A DNA stretch of 64,000 nt from Pedobacter sp. (GTDB lineage: Bacteria > Desulfobacterota > Desulfuromonadia > Desulfuromonadales > Syntrophotaleaceae), in assembly GCA_050253415.1 (NCBI GenBank), contig JBFWJC010000001.1:1224679-1288678 (forward strand), in the 5' to 3' direction. The position numbers and the translations under genes are program-made. Position 1 is the first letter of the stretch; each line of letters begins with the position of its first letter. The notes beneath the pieces were generated by a model that worked only from the letters and a program-made list of their open reading frames with translations, was not told the DNA's origin and did no database searches. Shown one piece after another: positions 50,611 to 64,000 of this stretch.

Positions 50611-51156
50611 GTGAAAACAACAGCGATATCAAGACGGTACGCCAAGGCATTGGTCAACCTGGCGGCACGCGACGGGCAACTCGAAGCGACCTTCGAGCAG
50701 CTCGGCAGGTTGCAGCAGGCGTTTGCCTGTGAGCCGCGTTTGTTGCCACTGCTGAGCAGTCCGACGTTGGCGGCCGATAAAAAAGCTGGTCTTCTGGAGG
50801 GGCTGAGCAGTTACCTGCAACTGAGCAAGACTCTGCGTAATTTGCTGGGACTGTTACAGCAGCGTCAGAGGTTGGAATACTTCGACGCCCTGGTAGCGGC
50901 CTTTCGCGAGCAGGCCGATATACAGTTGGGCATTGTACGTGCGCAGGTGCAAAGTGCGCAACCTCTGGATGCAAACCAACGACAGGCTATTAGCGCGCAA
51001 TTGGAAAAACGCTACGGTAAACAACCGGCGCTGGAGTTGGCCGTTGATCCGGAGCTTTTGGGTGGCGTGCGCATCGAAGTTGACGGGCAGGTGCTTGATG
51101 GAACGCTGCGGTCCGGACTGCGCCGGATGGCGGGATATCTCAACCTGAATCCGTGA
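50611..51156 (+). CDS. atpH: ATP synthase F1 delta
   Basis: ISRRYAKAL, VDPELLGG, LDGTLR. Confidence 0.92.
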   Translation: MKTTAISRRYAKALVNLAARDGQLEATFEQLGRLQQAFACEPRLLPLLSSPTLAADKKAGLLEGLSSYLQLSKTLRNLLGLLQQRQRLEYFDALVAAFREQADIQLGIVRAQVQSAQPLDANQRQAISAQLEKRYGKQPALELAVDPELLGGVRIEVDGQVLDGTLRSGLRRMAGYLNLNP

Positions 51157-51289
51157 GTTAGTGCTCATTCGGAAACTCTGGATGGGCATAGTGTCGTTTT
51201 TATATGGGAAACGAGCCGTTTTCGGATGAAAATGAGTCAGGGATAGGAACATGGCCCGGTTACATTTTATGGATTCCGGTTCAACAATA

Positions 51290-51439
51290 GATGCTTTCGC
51301 AAAAAGACATGAGATGGCTAGTCAGAAACTTTGTCCGGCAAGGTGTCGTGGTTTTTCAGGGGGAAAGGCATACATAGGGTATGTACAGGTCCTGAAAAAA
51401 CGCGGCAACGCTGTAGGGCGGATTTTTTGCGATGCGATC
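51290..51439. repeat. MITE-like palindromic element inside the atp operon
   Basis: gatgctttcgcaaaaa ... tttttgcgatgcgatc ends, nested internal stems (tttttcagg/cctgaaaaa, tacat/atgta). Confidence 0.6.
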
Positions 51440-51459
51440 AATAAAGGGTGAAGGACGTT

Positions 51460-52968
51460 ATGGACATCAAAGCAGAAGAAATCTGCTCCATCATCGAGCA
51501 GCAGATTGAAAACTTCGACCGCGAGATCGAAATCAGCGAAACGGGCACCATTATCTCCGTTGGCGACGGTATTGCCCGCATCCACGGCCTGACTCGGGCC
51601 ATGGCCGGCGAACTGCTGGAGTTTCCTGGCGACGTCATCGGTATGGTGCTCAACCTCGAAGAAGATAATGTCGGGGCCGCAATTTTGGGCGAAGCCCATC
51701 ATATCAAGGAAGGCGACAGCGTGCGGCGCACCGGCCGTATCGTCGAAGTACCCGTCGGCGAGGCGCTCATCGGGCGCGTGGTCAACGGCATCGGTGAGCC
51801 TATTGATGGACTCGGCGAGTTACTGGGCGCCGAGGCGCGGCAGGTCGAAGTCAAGGCACCCGGCATCGTCACCCGTAAATCGGTCAACCAGCCGGTGCAG
51901 ACCGGTCTCAAAGCCATCGACGCCCTGGTGCCCATCGGCCGAGGCCAGCGCGAACTGATCATCGGCGATCGGCAGACCGGCAAGACCGCGTTGGCCATCG
52001 ACACCATTATTAATCAAAAAGGCCAGGATATGGTCTGCATCTACGTCGCCATCGGACAGAAACAGTCGACAGTGGCGCAGGTGGTGGACAAACTCAAGCA
52101 GCACGGTGCCATGGAGTACACCATTGTCGTGTCGGCCGGTGCCAGTGAGCCGGCACCGCTGCAGTTCATTGCCCCCTATGCCGGGGTGACGATGGGTGAA
52201 TTTTTCCGCGACAGCGGCCGCCACGCTCTGATCGTTTACGACGATCTTTCCAAGCATGCCGTCGCGTATCGACAGTTGTCCTTGCTGCTGCGGCGTCCGC
52301 CCGGCCGCGAAGCCTTTCCCGGTGACGTCTTCTACCTGCACAGCCGTCTGTTGGAGCGGGCTGCCAAGCTCAACGACGAACTTGGTGGCGGCAGCCTCAC
52401 CGCCCTGCCGATCATTGAGACTCAGGCTGGCGATTTGTCCGCCTACATCCCGACCAACGTCATTTCCATCACCGACGGTCAGATCTTCTTGGAAGCCGAC
52501 CTGTTCTACTCCGGGGTGCGCCCCGCCATCAACGTTGGCCTGTCGGTCTCCCGCGTCGGTGGCAGCGCCCAGGTCAAAGCCATGAAACAGGTGGCCGGTA
52601 CCCTGCGCCTGGCGCTGGCCCAGTACCGGGAGATGGCTGCGTTTGCCCAGTTCGGCTCCGATCTCGACGCCGCCACGCAGAAACAGCTGGCACGCGGCGC
52701 GCGTCTGGTGGAAATCCTCAAGCAGCCCCAGTATCGGCCGCTGCCGGTGGAAAAGCAGATCATGCTGATCTATGCCGCCAACAATGGCTACGTTGACGAG
52801 TACCCGATCAATGCCCTGCGACGCTACGAAGACGAGCTGTACAGCTATCTCGAGCACAGCCATGGCGACCTGCTCAAGGATCTGGCCGAGAAAAAAGCCA
52901 TCGACAGCGATCTCGACGGCCGCATCAAAGCCACCCTCAAGGCGTTCGGGGAACAGTTCACGGCGTAA
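51460..52968 (+). CDS. atpA: ATP synthase F1 alpha
   Basis: [28 protein letters not shown]. Confidence 0.97.
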   Translation: MDIKAEEICSIIEQQIENFDREIEISETGTIISVGDGIARIHGLTRAMAGELLEFPGDVIGMVLNLEEDNVGAAILGEAHHIKEGDSVRRTGRIVEVPVGEALIGRVVNGIGEPIDGLGELLGAEARQVEVKAPGIVTRKSVNQPVQTGLKAIDALVPIGRGQRELIIGDRQTGKTALAIDTIINQKGQDMVCIYVAIGQKQSTVAQVVDKLKQHGAMEYTIVVSAGASEPAPLQFIAPYAGVTMGEFFRDSGRHALIVYDDLSKHAVAYRQLSLLLRRPPGREAFPGDVFYLHSRLLERAAKLNDELGGGSLTALPIIETQAGDLSAYIPTNVISITDGQIFLEADLFYSGVRPAINVGLSVSRVGGSAQVKAMKQVAGTLRLALAQYREMAAFAQFGSDLDAATQKQLARGARLVEILKQPQYRPLPVEKQIMLIYAANNGYVDEYPINALRRYEDELYSYLEHSHGDLLKDLAEKKAIDSDLDGRIKATLKAFGEQFTA

Positions 52969-53127
52969 AAGCAGTTGCAAGTTAAGGGAAGCTGTAAGCT
53001 TTAAGTTTCAAGCTGTAAGTAAAGTCAAAGGCGAAAGACTCAAATAGTTGCTTTTGTGCTTGATCGATCCAGCTTTAAGCAACATGTTTTACAGCTTGCG
53101 ACTCTTCTTTCGCAGAAAGAAAGAATA

Positions 53128-55454
<2,327 letters not shown>

Positions 55455-55462
55455 AAAAATAA

Positions 55463-55557
55463 TTTACCGCGGAGATCGCTGAGGCCGCAAAGGAAGTCAA
55501 GAGACTACAAAACGCCTTTTTCGTTTTCTCCGCGCGCTTTGCGGGCTCTGCGGTAAA
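55463..55557. repeat. Intergenic inverted repeat (TTTACCGCGGAG family); half copy at about 20892-20922
   Basis: tttaccgcggagatcgctgaggccgcaaagga ... tctccgcgcgctttgcgggctctgcggtaaa. Confidence 0.7.
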
Positions 55558-55585
55558 CAAGTTTTTCAGAAAAGGAAAGCCATTT

Positions 55586-56002
55586 ATGGCGCAGAAACTG
55601 AAACTGGAAATCGTGACACCGGCCAGCCAGGTGCTCAGTGAAGAGGTCGATGAGATCACCGCGCCGGGCAGCAATGGGCAGTTCGGAGTGTTACCCGGGC
55701 ATACACCCTTGCTGACCACTCTGGAGGTGGGGGAGTTCAGTTACCGCAAAGGCAGTGACGTATATTATCTGGCGGTGAACTGGGGGTATGTGGAAGTTGC
55801 CGATGACCGGGTGCTGGTGCTGGTGGAAACCGCCGAATCTCAAGATCACATCGACCTGGCACGGGCCAAGGAAGCTCTGGGCCGGGCCGAGGCCAAGCTC
55901 AAGGAATTGAATCCTGCGGATAAGGAATACCGTATCCTGCAGGGCGCCTTGCAACGGGCCCTGGTACGTATTCAGGTTGGATCCCGTGGCAGTCGGCATT
56001 AA
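55586..56002 (+). CDS. atpC: ATP synthase F1 epsilon
   Basis: EIVTP, GQFGVLPGHTPL, IDLARA. Confidence 0.95.
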   Translation: MAQKLKLEIVTPASQVLSEEVDEITAPGSNGQFGVLPGHTPLLTTLEVGEFSYRKGSDVYYLAVNWGYVEVADDRVLVLVETAESQDHIDLARAKEALGRAEAKLKELNPADKEYRILQGALQRALVRIQVGSRGSRH

Positions 56003-56038
56003 TCTGAAAGACAACTCGAACTCTTCGGGACGGACGAA

Positions 56039-56743
56039 ATGACGCATCCCTTTATTTTTCTTAAATGGTTGATCGAAAAGCTTCATGTCGGGTTTACCCT
56101 CGAGGAGTTGGAGCTGTACGGTTTTTTTCAACATGTGACTCATACCTGGCTGGTGATGGCCATCCTGGTTGGGGTGGGGCTGTTGGCCGCTCGCAAACCC
56201 AGCCTGATTCCCTCGGGTGCGCAGAATCTGATGGAAGTGTTGGTCGTCGAAATCCAGCGCATGGTTCGTGAAACCATGGGACCCAAGGGGATGGCTTATT
56301 TTCCCCTGATTGCCACTTTGACCCTTTTTATTCTGGTGTCCAATCTTTTGGGCTTGATACCGGGTTTTGCACCGCCTACCGCCAGTCTCAACACCAATGC
56401 CGCGTTGGCTGTGACCGTTTTTGCCATGACGCACATCGTCGGTCTGCGAGAACATGGTCTGAAATATCTCAAACACTTCGTGGGACCGGTCTGGTGGTTG
56501 GCTCCTCTTATCCTGCCGATTGAAATTATCGGGCATCTGGCGCGCCCCTTGTCCCTAACGCTACGTTTGTTTGGCAACATGTACGGCCACGAAATCGTAC
56601 TTATGATTTTCTTTACCTTGGTTCCGCTGCTGTTGCCTATTCCGATGATGATTATGGGGATTCTGGTTGCCTTTATTCAGACCTTCGTTTTTATGTTGTT
56701 ATCCATGATCTATATCGCAGGGGCCTTGGAAGAGGCACACTAA
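56039..56743 (+). CDS. atpB: ATP synthase F0 subunit a
   Basis: [27 protein letters not shown]. Confidence 0.95.
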   Translation: MTHPFIFLKWLIEKLHVGFTLEELELYGFFQHVTHTWLVMAILVGVGLLAARKPSLIPSGAQNLMEVLVVEIQRMVRETMGPKGMAYFPLIATLTLFILVSNLLGLIPGFAPPTASLNTNAALAVTVFAMTHIVGLREHGLKYLKHFVGPVWWLAPLILPIEIIGHLARPLSLTLRLFGNMYGHEIVLMIFFTLVPLLLPIPMMIMGILVAFIQTFVFMLLSMIYIAGALEEAH

Positions 56744-56856
56744 CGACATTTGAGATCTATGTTTAAGGCGTCAAGCTATACGCCTTTCAATCGGTTGAAA
56801 ACTTTTTAAAGACGGTCTGACGACCGCCGCATCAAGCAAACACAAGGAGAATTACA

Positions 56857-57123
56857 ATGGATTTTTTCACCTGGGTTATGATTACCGCTGGCTTTGGTAT
56901 GGCCATTGGATCGATGGGAACCGCTATTGGACAAGGCTTGGCCGTTAAGAGTGCTTTGGAAGGCGTAGCCCGGAATCCTGGCGCAAGCGGCAAGATTCTG
57001 ACAACCATGATGATTGGTCTCGCTATGATCGAGTCCCTGGCTATCTACGTATTCGTTGTGGCCATGATCATCCTGTTTGCCAATCCGTTCAAAGACGTGG
57101 TACTGGAACTGCTGGCCAAGTAA
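56857..57123 (+). CDS. atpE: ATP synthase F0 subunit c
   Basis: GQG...ARNP...IESLAIY. Confidence 0.96.
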   Translation: MDFFTWVMITAGFGMAIGSMGTAIGQGLAVKSALEGVARNPGASGKILTTMMIGLAMIESLAIYVFVVAMIILFANPFKDVVLELLAK

Positions 57124-57252
57124 TTAGGCCATGTTCCACCCGGTCTTCGATCCTGCCACCCGGAACGGGAGGGGGGATGGTGACGGCGCCTCCGATCCTC
57201 CCGCCGTTCCGGGTTGGTCAGGTATTATACCCGATCGCGCTTTAAGATTGTC

Positions 57253-57293
57253 AAACGCCGGTTTTCTCTTTGCGAGAAGCCGGCGTTTTTTTT
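57253..57293 (+). terminator. Terminator of the atp operon
   Basis: aaacgccggttttctc-tttgc-gagaagccggcg followed by T8. Confidence 0.85.
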
Positions 57294-57643
57294 GCAACAT
57301 CGTCTCGTCGAAACTTTCTTTGAATTTAATTCCGTGTTCTTCAACAAGTGGCTATCTCGCCCGTTCAATTAAGAAGCATCCATTGAGGCATGAAGCCTGA
57401 TTCCGAGTCATCAAGAAGGCGAAATGTGAGTTGTCTTAGCCTTGTCTTGCTGTTTGAATAATGGTTAGTTGTTTGCTCATCCGTACTTTTCGGTGAAAGC
57501 CGTTCTAAAAAGGAACCTTTCATGCTCTGTTTGCCATGTAACCGACGGGTGTTAATCTTTACAGGTAAAGGGCTCATCTAATTCTTGATTTGATCAGCAG
57601 GATGCTCGTTACTGGAAGGTATGATCGGGAGAGGTAGGTTATC

Positions 57644-57874
57644 ATGTGGTATTTTTTCAGTACTGTGGGTACTTTTATTATCGCCATCGAGCCTTCCGGG
57701 GAGTTTGGTCTCTGGATAGATACGGATAAACTGGCGATTTTTCCCTGTCCGGAAGATGCTGTTGAGTCGGTTAGATGTCAAAAAACCGGATATGCCCCAT
57801 GGGACGAACTTAAGGACGCAAACCCTCCAGAAGACCTGGCTGGGTGGATGGTTATGCCGGGTACGGCACTGTGA
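57644..57874 (+). CDS. Small hypothetical protein
   Basis: GAGGTAGG RBS, 76-aa ORF with protein-like composition. Confidence 0.55.
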   Translation: MWYFFSTVGTFIIAIEPSGEFGLWIDTDKLAIFPCPEDAVESVRCQKTGYAPWDELKDANPPEDLAGWMVMPGTAL

Positions 57875-57935
57875 ACCCGTATGTCTGATTGCGGCCGTTA
57901 TGTGATGTCTGTAGGCCGCGGAAAGGATGGCCAGC

Positions 57936-58688
57936 ATGATCGATATTATTCGGGCGAGCGAACGTCATTTTTCGGATTTCGATTGGTTGCAGACCTACTG
58001 GTTGTTTTCCTTTTCGAGTTATTACGATCCGCACAATATCCAGTTCGGGGCACTGCGGGTGTTCAACGACGATGTTGTGCAGCCGGGGAGGGGGTTCCCA
58101 ACCCATCCGCATGAGGAAATGGAGATCGTCACCATTGTGCTTGATGGGGAAATGACCCACGAGGACAGTATGGGGAATAAAACGGTGATCCGGGCAGGAG
58201 ATGTGCAACGCATGAGTGCCGGTACGGGTTTGACGCATTCGGAGTTCAATCGCGCCGACAAGCCGGTTCATTTTTATCAGATTTGGATTTTTCCGGATAC
58301 AGCGGGGCTAAAGCCGAGTTACGATCAACGACACTTCGAGCCTGATCAGTGGCAGGATCGGTTGTTGGCTGTGGCCTCCGGGCAGGGCATGGAGGGCGCA
58401 GTGACCTTTCACACCGATGCCACCATTTACCGTTGCAGCCTCGATGAAGGCAAGACAGTCGCCCTGAATGACATACAGGGCCGCAGAATTTTTGTTTATC
58501 TCACCGACGGTCGATTGGTGGTCCACGGTCATGTCATTGAAAAGAACGACCAGGTGCGCATCGATAAGGATGATCCATTGGTGCTGAAGGCGTTAACTCC
58601 AACACAGTTTATCGTTGTCGATGTCCCGTCATGCAAAGGTTATGGCTACGACACCCAAACACTTCGTGGCGCACGCGATACCGCTTAG
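57936..58688 (+). CDS. Pirin-family protein (YhhW-like)
   Basis: FGALRVFNDD, GFPTHPH..MEI, HEDSMGN, MSAGTG..HSE. Confidence 0.92.
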   Translation: MIDIIRASERHFSDFDWLQTYWLFSFSSYYDPHNIQFGALRVFNDDVVQPGRGFPTHPHEEMEIVTIVLDGEMTHEDSMGNKTVIRAGDVQRMSAGTGLTHSEFNRADKPVHFYQIWIFPDTAGLKPSYDQRHFEPDQWQDRLLAVASGQGMEGAVTFHTDATIYRCSLDEGKTVALNDIQGRRIFVYLTDGRLVVHGHVIEKNDQVRIDKDDPLVLKALTPTQFIVVDVPSCKGYGYDTQTLRGARDTA

Positions 58689-58931
58689 ACTGCATGTTAC
58701 GCTATCGGAGCGTTCTTGTGGGCCGTCTTGTGGCGTTTACGTAGCCCCTGTGCGTTTCTATGGACTGCATCTATTTGCTGGAACTTTCCCCCCTCATTGA
58801 TCTAAACTTCATCCTTATTAAAATGCGTTCTTGCGTGCCTGGCCGAATTTTCCGTACTTCTGTGCGGGGGCAAAGTTTGCTCCCTTTTTGTATCGGTTGG
58901 GGAATAGACAACTCGCTTTGAGGTAAACGTA

Positions 58932-61565
58932 ATGCGTAAAGACAGTTTCATCATCGCTATCACGGTTGCGGTTCTGACAATTATGTTTTGGGCGTTGATT
59001 AATCGTCCGGAAACGGAGCCGGCATGGCCGTCGACCATACAGGGGTTTTCCTTTGCGCCTTATCACGAAGGACAGTCGGCGATTGACCGCATCTATCCCA
59101 GTCGGGAACAGATTGATGCGGATCTGGCCCTGCTCGCCGGTCTTACTTACGCGGTGCGTACTTACAGTGTGGATGGTACTCTGGGGGATATCCCCGAGTT
59201 GGCTCGCAAGCATAAGATCAATGTCGCTTTGGGCGCATGGCTTGACGAGGACCGCGACAGGAACGCGCAGGAAGTGGACCGCCTGCTGGAGGTAGTCTCC
59301 CGGGCGCGCAATGTGGTGCGCATCATTGTTGGCAACGAGGTGCTGCTACGCGAAAACCTTTCCGTGCCGGAAATGATCGCTCACCTGGACCGCGTCCGTG
59401 CTGCGGTTGATATCCCGGTGAGTACGGCGGAACCCTGGCATGTCTGGATCGACCACCCGGAACTGGTCGATCATGTGGACTATATCGCCGTACACATGCT
59501 GCCGTTCTGGGAGGGGGTGTCTCTCGATAATGCGATCGACTACGTGGTTGAGCGCATGGACGACCTCAAACGCCATTTTCCCGGCAAGCGCATTGTTATC
59601 TCCGAGGTGGGCTGGCCGAGCAACGGTCGCACCATAAAACATGCAGTCGCTTCCAGAGCCAACGAAGCGACGTTTCTGCGTCGGTTCCTCGACCGTGCGG
59701 CAAAGGAAGATTATGTCTATTATGTGATGGAGGCTTTCGATCAACCCTGGAAACAGGAATCGGAAGGATCCGTCGGGGCCTACTGGGGTGTGTATAACGC
59801 CCAGCGGGAGCCTAAATTCACCTTTGATAAACCGATAGTCAAGATCCCCGAGTGGCCGGTTCTGGCGGCGATCTCCGTGGTCGCGGCGCTGATCACCTTT
59901 GCCCTGCTGCTCATAGATAGCCGGCGTCTGCGCAAACGCGGCCGAAGCTTTTTGGCGGTGATTGCCTACATGGCAGCTACTGCGGTGGTGTGGATTGTCT
60001 ACGACTACACTAACCAGTACCTGACGCTGGCCAATGTTGTGGTAGGGGTGCTGCTGATTTTCGGTATGATCGGTGTCATCGTCGTGCTGCTGGCGGAGGC
60101 CCATGAATGGGCCGAAGCTCTGTGGCTGCGCGAGCACCGGCGACTGTTCGTACCGCAAGAGGTTGCGGACGAAAAGCTGCCCATGGTTTCCATTCATGTG
60201 CCGGCATATAACGAACCACCCGAAATGATGATCGAGACCTTGGATGCGCTTGCAGCCCTCGATTACCCTTGTTTTGAAGTTTTGGTCATCGACAATAACA
60301 CGAAAGACCCCGCCATATGGCAACCCGTCGAAGCTCACTGCGCCAAGCTCGGCCCACGTTTTCGCTTTTTTCATAAAGCTCCTTTGGAGGGGTTCAAAGC
60401 CGGGGCTCTTAATTTTGCCTTGCAACAAACCGCAGAGCACGCCGAGATCGTGGCGGTTATCGACAGCGACTACCAAGTACATACCAGGTGGCTGCGCGAT
60501 CTGTGTCCGCAATTTCTCAATCCTGAAATCGCCATCGTCCAGGCTCCCCAAGATTACCGGGATACCCGGGAAAATGCCTTTAAGGCCATGGCTTATGCAG
60601 AATACCGTGGATTTTTCTACATCGGCATGATCGTCCGCAACGAACGCAATGCGATTATCCAGCACGGCACCATGACCATGGTGCGCCGCAAGGTGCTGGA
60701 GCAGGTGGGTGGTTGGGCCCAGTGGTGCATTACCGAAGATGCGGAACTGGGGCTGCGGATTTTCGAGGCGGGGCTCTCTGCAACCTATATTCCTCAAAGT
60801 TACGGCCGCGGCCTGATGCCCGATACGTTTATCGATTACAAAAAACAGCGTTTTCGCTGGGCCTATGGTTCGGTGCAGATTATGCGCCGGCATGTCCGCA
60901 CGCTGTTGTTCGGTAGTCGGGGGCAATTGACCGTCGGGCAGCGGTATCACTTTTTAGCTGGCTGGTTACCTTGGCTGGCAGATGGGATTAATGTCATTTT
61001 CAACCTCGCGGCTTTGTTCTGGTCAGCTGCCATGCTGTTGGCCCCCACCAAGGTGGCACCGCCACTTCTGGTGTTTGCCTTGTTGCCGCTGGCATTATTT
61101 GTATTCAAGGTGGGGAAACTGGTTTATTTGTACGAAACGCGCGTTGGTGCCACCAGTATCCAGACTCTGGCCGCAGCTTTTGCCGGTTTGGCCCTCTCTC
61201 ATACCATCGGGATCGCCATGCTCACCGGCTTTGTTAAAACCGGCCTGCCTTTTTTCCGCACCCCTAAGCAGGCCAGCAAACAGGCGTTGTTCAAGGCTCT
61301 GCAGGCTGCCCGGGAAGAGACCTTGTTTCTTGTTGGGCTTTGCCTGGCATCTTTGGCCATTATTGCCAGGATTGGCGTTGAATCGCTGGATCTTCTGGTA
61401 TGGTGCATTATGTTGTTGATACAGGGGGTCCCCTATGCCGCGGCCCTGGCCGTGTCCATCCTCAGTGCCTTCCCCCGGTTGCCGGCAGGTTTTATCGGCG
61501 AGACAGGCAGCATGAAGTCTGCTGCTCAAGCTGTTTTGGGGCAGAAGGCCGAGTCGCAGGATTGA
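58932..61565 (+). CDS. GH17-GT2 fusion, NdvB-like cyclic beta-1,3-glucan synthase
   Basis: GH17 motifs VGNE, ISEVGWPS, EAFDQPWK; GT2 motifs KAGALN, DSD, TED, QRFRW. Confidence 0.85.
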   Translation: MRKDSFIIAITVAVLTIMFWALINRPETEPAWPSTIQGFSFAPYHEGQSAIDRIYPSREQIDADLALLAGLTYAVRTYSVDGTLGDIPELARKHKINVALGAWLDEDRDRNAQEVDRLLEVVSRARNVVRIIVGNEVLLRENLSVPEMIAHLDRVRAAVDIPVSTAEPWHVWIDHPELVDHVDYIAVHMLPFWEGVSLDNAIDYVVERMDDLKRHFPGKRIVISEVGWPSNGRTIKHAVASRANEATFLRRFLDRAAKEDYVYYVMEAFDQPWKQESEGSVGAYWGVYNAQREPKFTFDKPIVKIPEWPVLAAISVVAALITFALLLIDSRRLRKRGRSFLAVIAYMAATAVVWIVYDYTNQYLTLANVVVGVLLIFGMIGVIVVLLAEAHEWAEALWLREHRRLFVPQEVADEKLPMVSIHVPAYNEPPEMMIETLDALAALDYPCFEVLVIDNNTKDPAIWQPVEAHCAKLGPRFRFFHKAPLEGFKAGALNFALQQTAEHAEIVAVIDSDYQVHTRWLRDLCPQFLNPEIAIVQAPQDYRDTRENAFKAMAYAEYRGFFYIGMIVRNERNAIIQHGTMTMVRRKVLEQVGGWAQWCITEDAELGLRIFEAGLSATYIPQSYGRGLMPDTFIDYKKQRFRWAYGSVQIMRRHVRTLLFGSRGQLTVGQRYHFLAGWLPWLADGINVIFNLAALFWSAAMLLAPTKVAPPLLVFALLPLALFVFKVGKLVYLYETRVGATSIQTLAAAFAGLALSHTIGIAMLTGFVKTGLPFFRTPKQASKQALFKALQAAREETLFLVGLCLASLAIIARIGVESLDLLVWCIMLLIQGVPYAAALAVSILSAFPRLPAGFIGETGSMKSAAQAVLGQKAESQD

Positions 61566-61701
61566 TGGTTTGATGATGGCGGATTTATTGCTATGTTCGG
61601 CATTGAAAGCGGGTCATTAAGCGAAAAAAGCAACCAATTTGGTTGTGTTTTTAGTCTCACGAGTAAACCACAACAGGATATGCTCAATCATCCAACATAT
61701 A

Positions 61702-61738
61702 AGAACGGCGCAACCTGGTTTTTGGGTTGCGCCGTTCT
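61702..61738. terminator. Hairpin between convergent units
   Basis: agaacggcgcaacc...ggttgcgccgttct. Confidence 0.65.
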
Positions 61739-61788
61739 GCGTCTTATATATGGGACGGATTCAACTAGCAAGTGCAACGGATGACTTG

Positions 61789-62160
61789 CTAGTTGAATCC
61801 GTCATGTGTTTCTTCCGGAGATTGATAGACTTTACGGCCGACGTGAAAGGTCAGTAGCCACTCATCCTGCAGTTCCCTGTAAGTACACGCCTTGACATTA
61901 GGGTGCAGGAATAACATTTCGCACCAGTTTGCCGGTACCTTAATCACATCGACAACACTGCTGAAGGGATAATCGAAGACCCCGTAGACATCCACGGTCA
62001 CTCTTTGGTCCTGCCCTACCACCCCGCCTGCAATGAAGGCCGGCCTTGCTGGCTCCACATTATGTCCATGTGTAGCCCTGCCCCTTCTCTGCTTCCTTGG
62101 CGATTGCGGGAAAAAATAAGATAGCCCCATTTGCAGCAATAAGCAGCACCATTATCAGAA
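61789..62160 (-). pseudogene. Probable remnant of a secreted protein gene
   Basis: Signal-peptide-like segment in one frame ends at a stop; a protein-like segment (DVYGVFDYPF...NWCEMLFLHPNVKAC) in another frame ends abruptly. Confidence 0.4.
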
Positions 62161-62210
62161 GAATTGTCTGCCTGGGGTCTTTCAATATGGTGGATTTCGT
62201 CTCAATTGGC

Positions 62211-63569
62211 TCAATCAAGGTCGCCGCAGAACCCGAAGTGCTCCTCAAGGGCCTGGAAAACCGCTAGATAGCGTTGATGCACGTCCCGGCGGTCCTCCTC
62301 GGCGGGGAGGCCGTCGCGACTGCCGCGTTCGATCATCGCCGCCTGGCGCGCCAGGGCGCGGCGTTGCTCTTCTCTGCAGGTGACGGACAGGAGGGTGGCA
62401 AGCATCTCCAGCAAGCGGATGGTGACCGCAACGTCGCGTCGCCCGTGCTGGCGAATCTGATCCACGGCAGCGGACAGGGCTCCGTCGAAGGTCTGCGGGT
62501 GGGTAATCAGCCGCAGCCGGTCTTCGGCGTCGAAGTGCCATGGGACCGGCAGGCGGCGGCGGGCTAGATTTGCCAGGGCCGAGCCGAGGTAATCGATGCA
62601 GTTGATGGCAGTGAAGGGATCGTTGATCCCGGGTGACAGGGCACGAACGGCGACTTCCACCAACTGGTTGATCAGGTGCTCGATGTCCTGTTCGGGGCTG
62701 CGCTTGGCGCCGACGATGAAGGCTCCCTTGACCGCATCGGCCAGCTCCGCCGGTCGAGCGCCGTCCGCGGACCAGACGTAAGCCAGTGGGGTGCCGCGGG
62801 TCACGAAATCCCCGGGGCGGAACTCCAGTCGCAGCAAAAGGTCGTGGTCGATGGCCAGCTTCAGCAGGCCGCTGATATTCACCGCCTGCAGGTAGCCGCT
62901 ACTGTGGGCACCAATCGGCCGGGCGGCGGAATCGAAATCCTCCGGCAGTTCGCCGGGGCGCAGCGCTTCCCTCCCTTTGGCCGGTAACCCGTCGTCATGC
63001 TCGGGAAAGTCTCTAACAATGGCGTGTTCGAGGTCTTCGCTGACATTGGCGATGACAGTCATCGCCTGGATCGAATCGGCCACGTGATGGATGAAGAAGA
63101 TCAGGACGGCGACGCTGAAGACCGCCAGCAGAAAACCGACCAGCAACGACAACTGGGGGACGAAACCCTCGGGCCCGCTGCCGTGGATGGTGCGCAACAC
63201 CAGCAGGCAGTAGAGGTAGGTGCCAATGAAGCTGCCGAAGACCACCTGGTTGGCCCGATCGCGCATGAAGCTGTTGAGCAGGCGGGGGCCGAATTGCTGG
63301 GAGGCCAGGGAGAGAGCGACGATGGTGATGGAGAAGACGACGCCGGTGACGGTGACCATCGCCCCGGCCACCGTCGACAGGAAGGCCCGGGCCCCTTCCG
63401 GTTCATTGCCGCCCATCCAGGCGACCCCCTTGGTCACGGTCACTTCCCAGCGACGGTCGATGCTGCCAAGGGAAATAACCAGGACGACCGCACCGAGGGC
63501 CATCAGGCCGGGAAGGAACCAATAGTTGGAGCGCAGCTTCTCCCAGAGATTGATCAATCGGGTCTTCAT
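62211..63569 (-). CDS. DUF2254 family membrane protein
   Basis: LASQQFGPRLL, SGYLQ, RALSPGINDPFTA. Confidence 0.85.
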   Translation of the reverse strand: MKTRLINLWEKLRSNYWFLPGLMALGAVVLVISLGSIDRRWEVTVTKGVAWMGGNEPEGARAFLSTVAGAMVTVTGVVFSITIVALSLASQQFGPRLLNSFMRDRANQVVFGSFIGTYLYCLLVLRTIHGSGPEGFVPQLSLLVGFLLAVFSVAVLIFFIHHVADSIQAMTVIANVSEDLEHAIVRDFPEHDDGLPAKGREALRPGELPEDFDSAARPIGAHSSGYLQAVNISGLLKLAIDHDLLLRLEFRPGDFVTRGTPLAYVWSADGARPAELADAVKGAFIVGAKRSPEQDIEHLINQLVEVAVRALSPGINDPFTAINCIDYLGSALANLARRRLPVPWHFDAEDRLRLITHPQTFDGALSAAVDQIRQHGRRDVAVTIRLLEMLATLLSVTCREEQRRALARQAAMIERGSRDGLPAEEDRRDVHQRYLAVFQALEEHFGFCGDLD

Positions 63570-63674
63570 CGGGAGCCTTTCCTGTACCGATTCAAGAATA
63601 GCAGGAACCCTGCACGGCACCAGGCAGGGGGCCTGACGGGTAGTATTTTATCAAAAACGTGGAAGCGACTATTC

Positions 63675-64000
63675 TTATCCCCCCTGCTTGGAATCGAACA
63701 TCCCGTTCCCACTGATTTTTTCTGCGACCTTCCTGAAGTGATATCCGTAGACGGCATAGTTGATAGCCAGGGGGAAGAGCCGCGGTTTTCTCAAGAGCGA
63801 CCAGAAGAAGAGTTTCCAGAACTGGAGTCGTTCCTTGCCGATCACCCCCAGGAATAGGATCGACTTGAAAAACGCTCCGATGTGGCCTTGCTGCAGATGA
63901 AAATGTCCCTGGGGACGCGGCCGATATTCCCGAAAGAGCTGGATCACTCGTCGATAGTACTGTTTAGGGGCATAGATGGTGTCGAGGATTCTCTGGTAGC
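63675..64000 (-). CDS. C-terminus (DUF4070-like) of a B12-binding radical SAM protein, truncated by window edge
   Basis: TIYAPKQYY.R ... ER..FWK ... A..GYHF. Confidence 0.65.
   Translation of the reverse strand, partial: YQRILDTIYAPKQYYRRVIQLFREYRPRPQGHFHLQQGHIGAFFKSILFLGVIGKERLQFWKLFFWSLLRKPRLFPLAINYAVYGYHFRKVAEKISGNGMFDSKQGG

Overview
A 64-kb chromosomal window from an anaerobic Gram-negative bacterium. Gene content and repeat families suggest Desulfuromonadales (Pelobacter/Syntrophotalea-like); this is an inference, not a database match. In order it holds: the 3' end of valS; two intact GGDEF-EAL proteins; ptsP with an upstream [FeFe]-hydrogenase-like/AAA+ regulator; orphan oppD/F-type ATPases; tex; a PHP/exonuclease pair with a 113-bp direct-repeat-bounded lipoprotein islet; gnd-zwf-pgl; a YbhGFSR-type exporter; an acyl-CoA ligase; tupBC; an ADP-ribosylglycohydrolase; a Mo/W-storage-protein homologue; a TPR/DUF4037/DUF4125 operon; a frameshifted PAS-GGDEF gene; a choline trimethylamine-lyase locus; an F-type ATP synthase operon in unusual order; pirin; an NdvB-like glucan synthase; DUF2254; and the end of a radical SAM gene. 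The most notable system is the cutC...cutD locus. It has no microcompartment genes and instead carries a porin, a [2Fe-2S] protein, a kinase-DeoR pair, a LicB-like transporter and a small wHTH protein. A shared AAACGAACAT operator-like box ties it together and also precedes the uncharacterised TPR/DUF4037/DUF4125 operon. Intergenic spaces carry modular heptamer arrays and MITE-like elements. No rRNA, tRNA or CRISPR array was seen.
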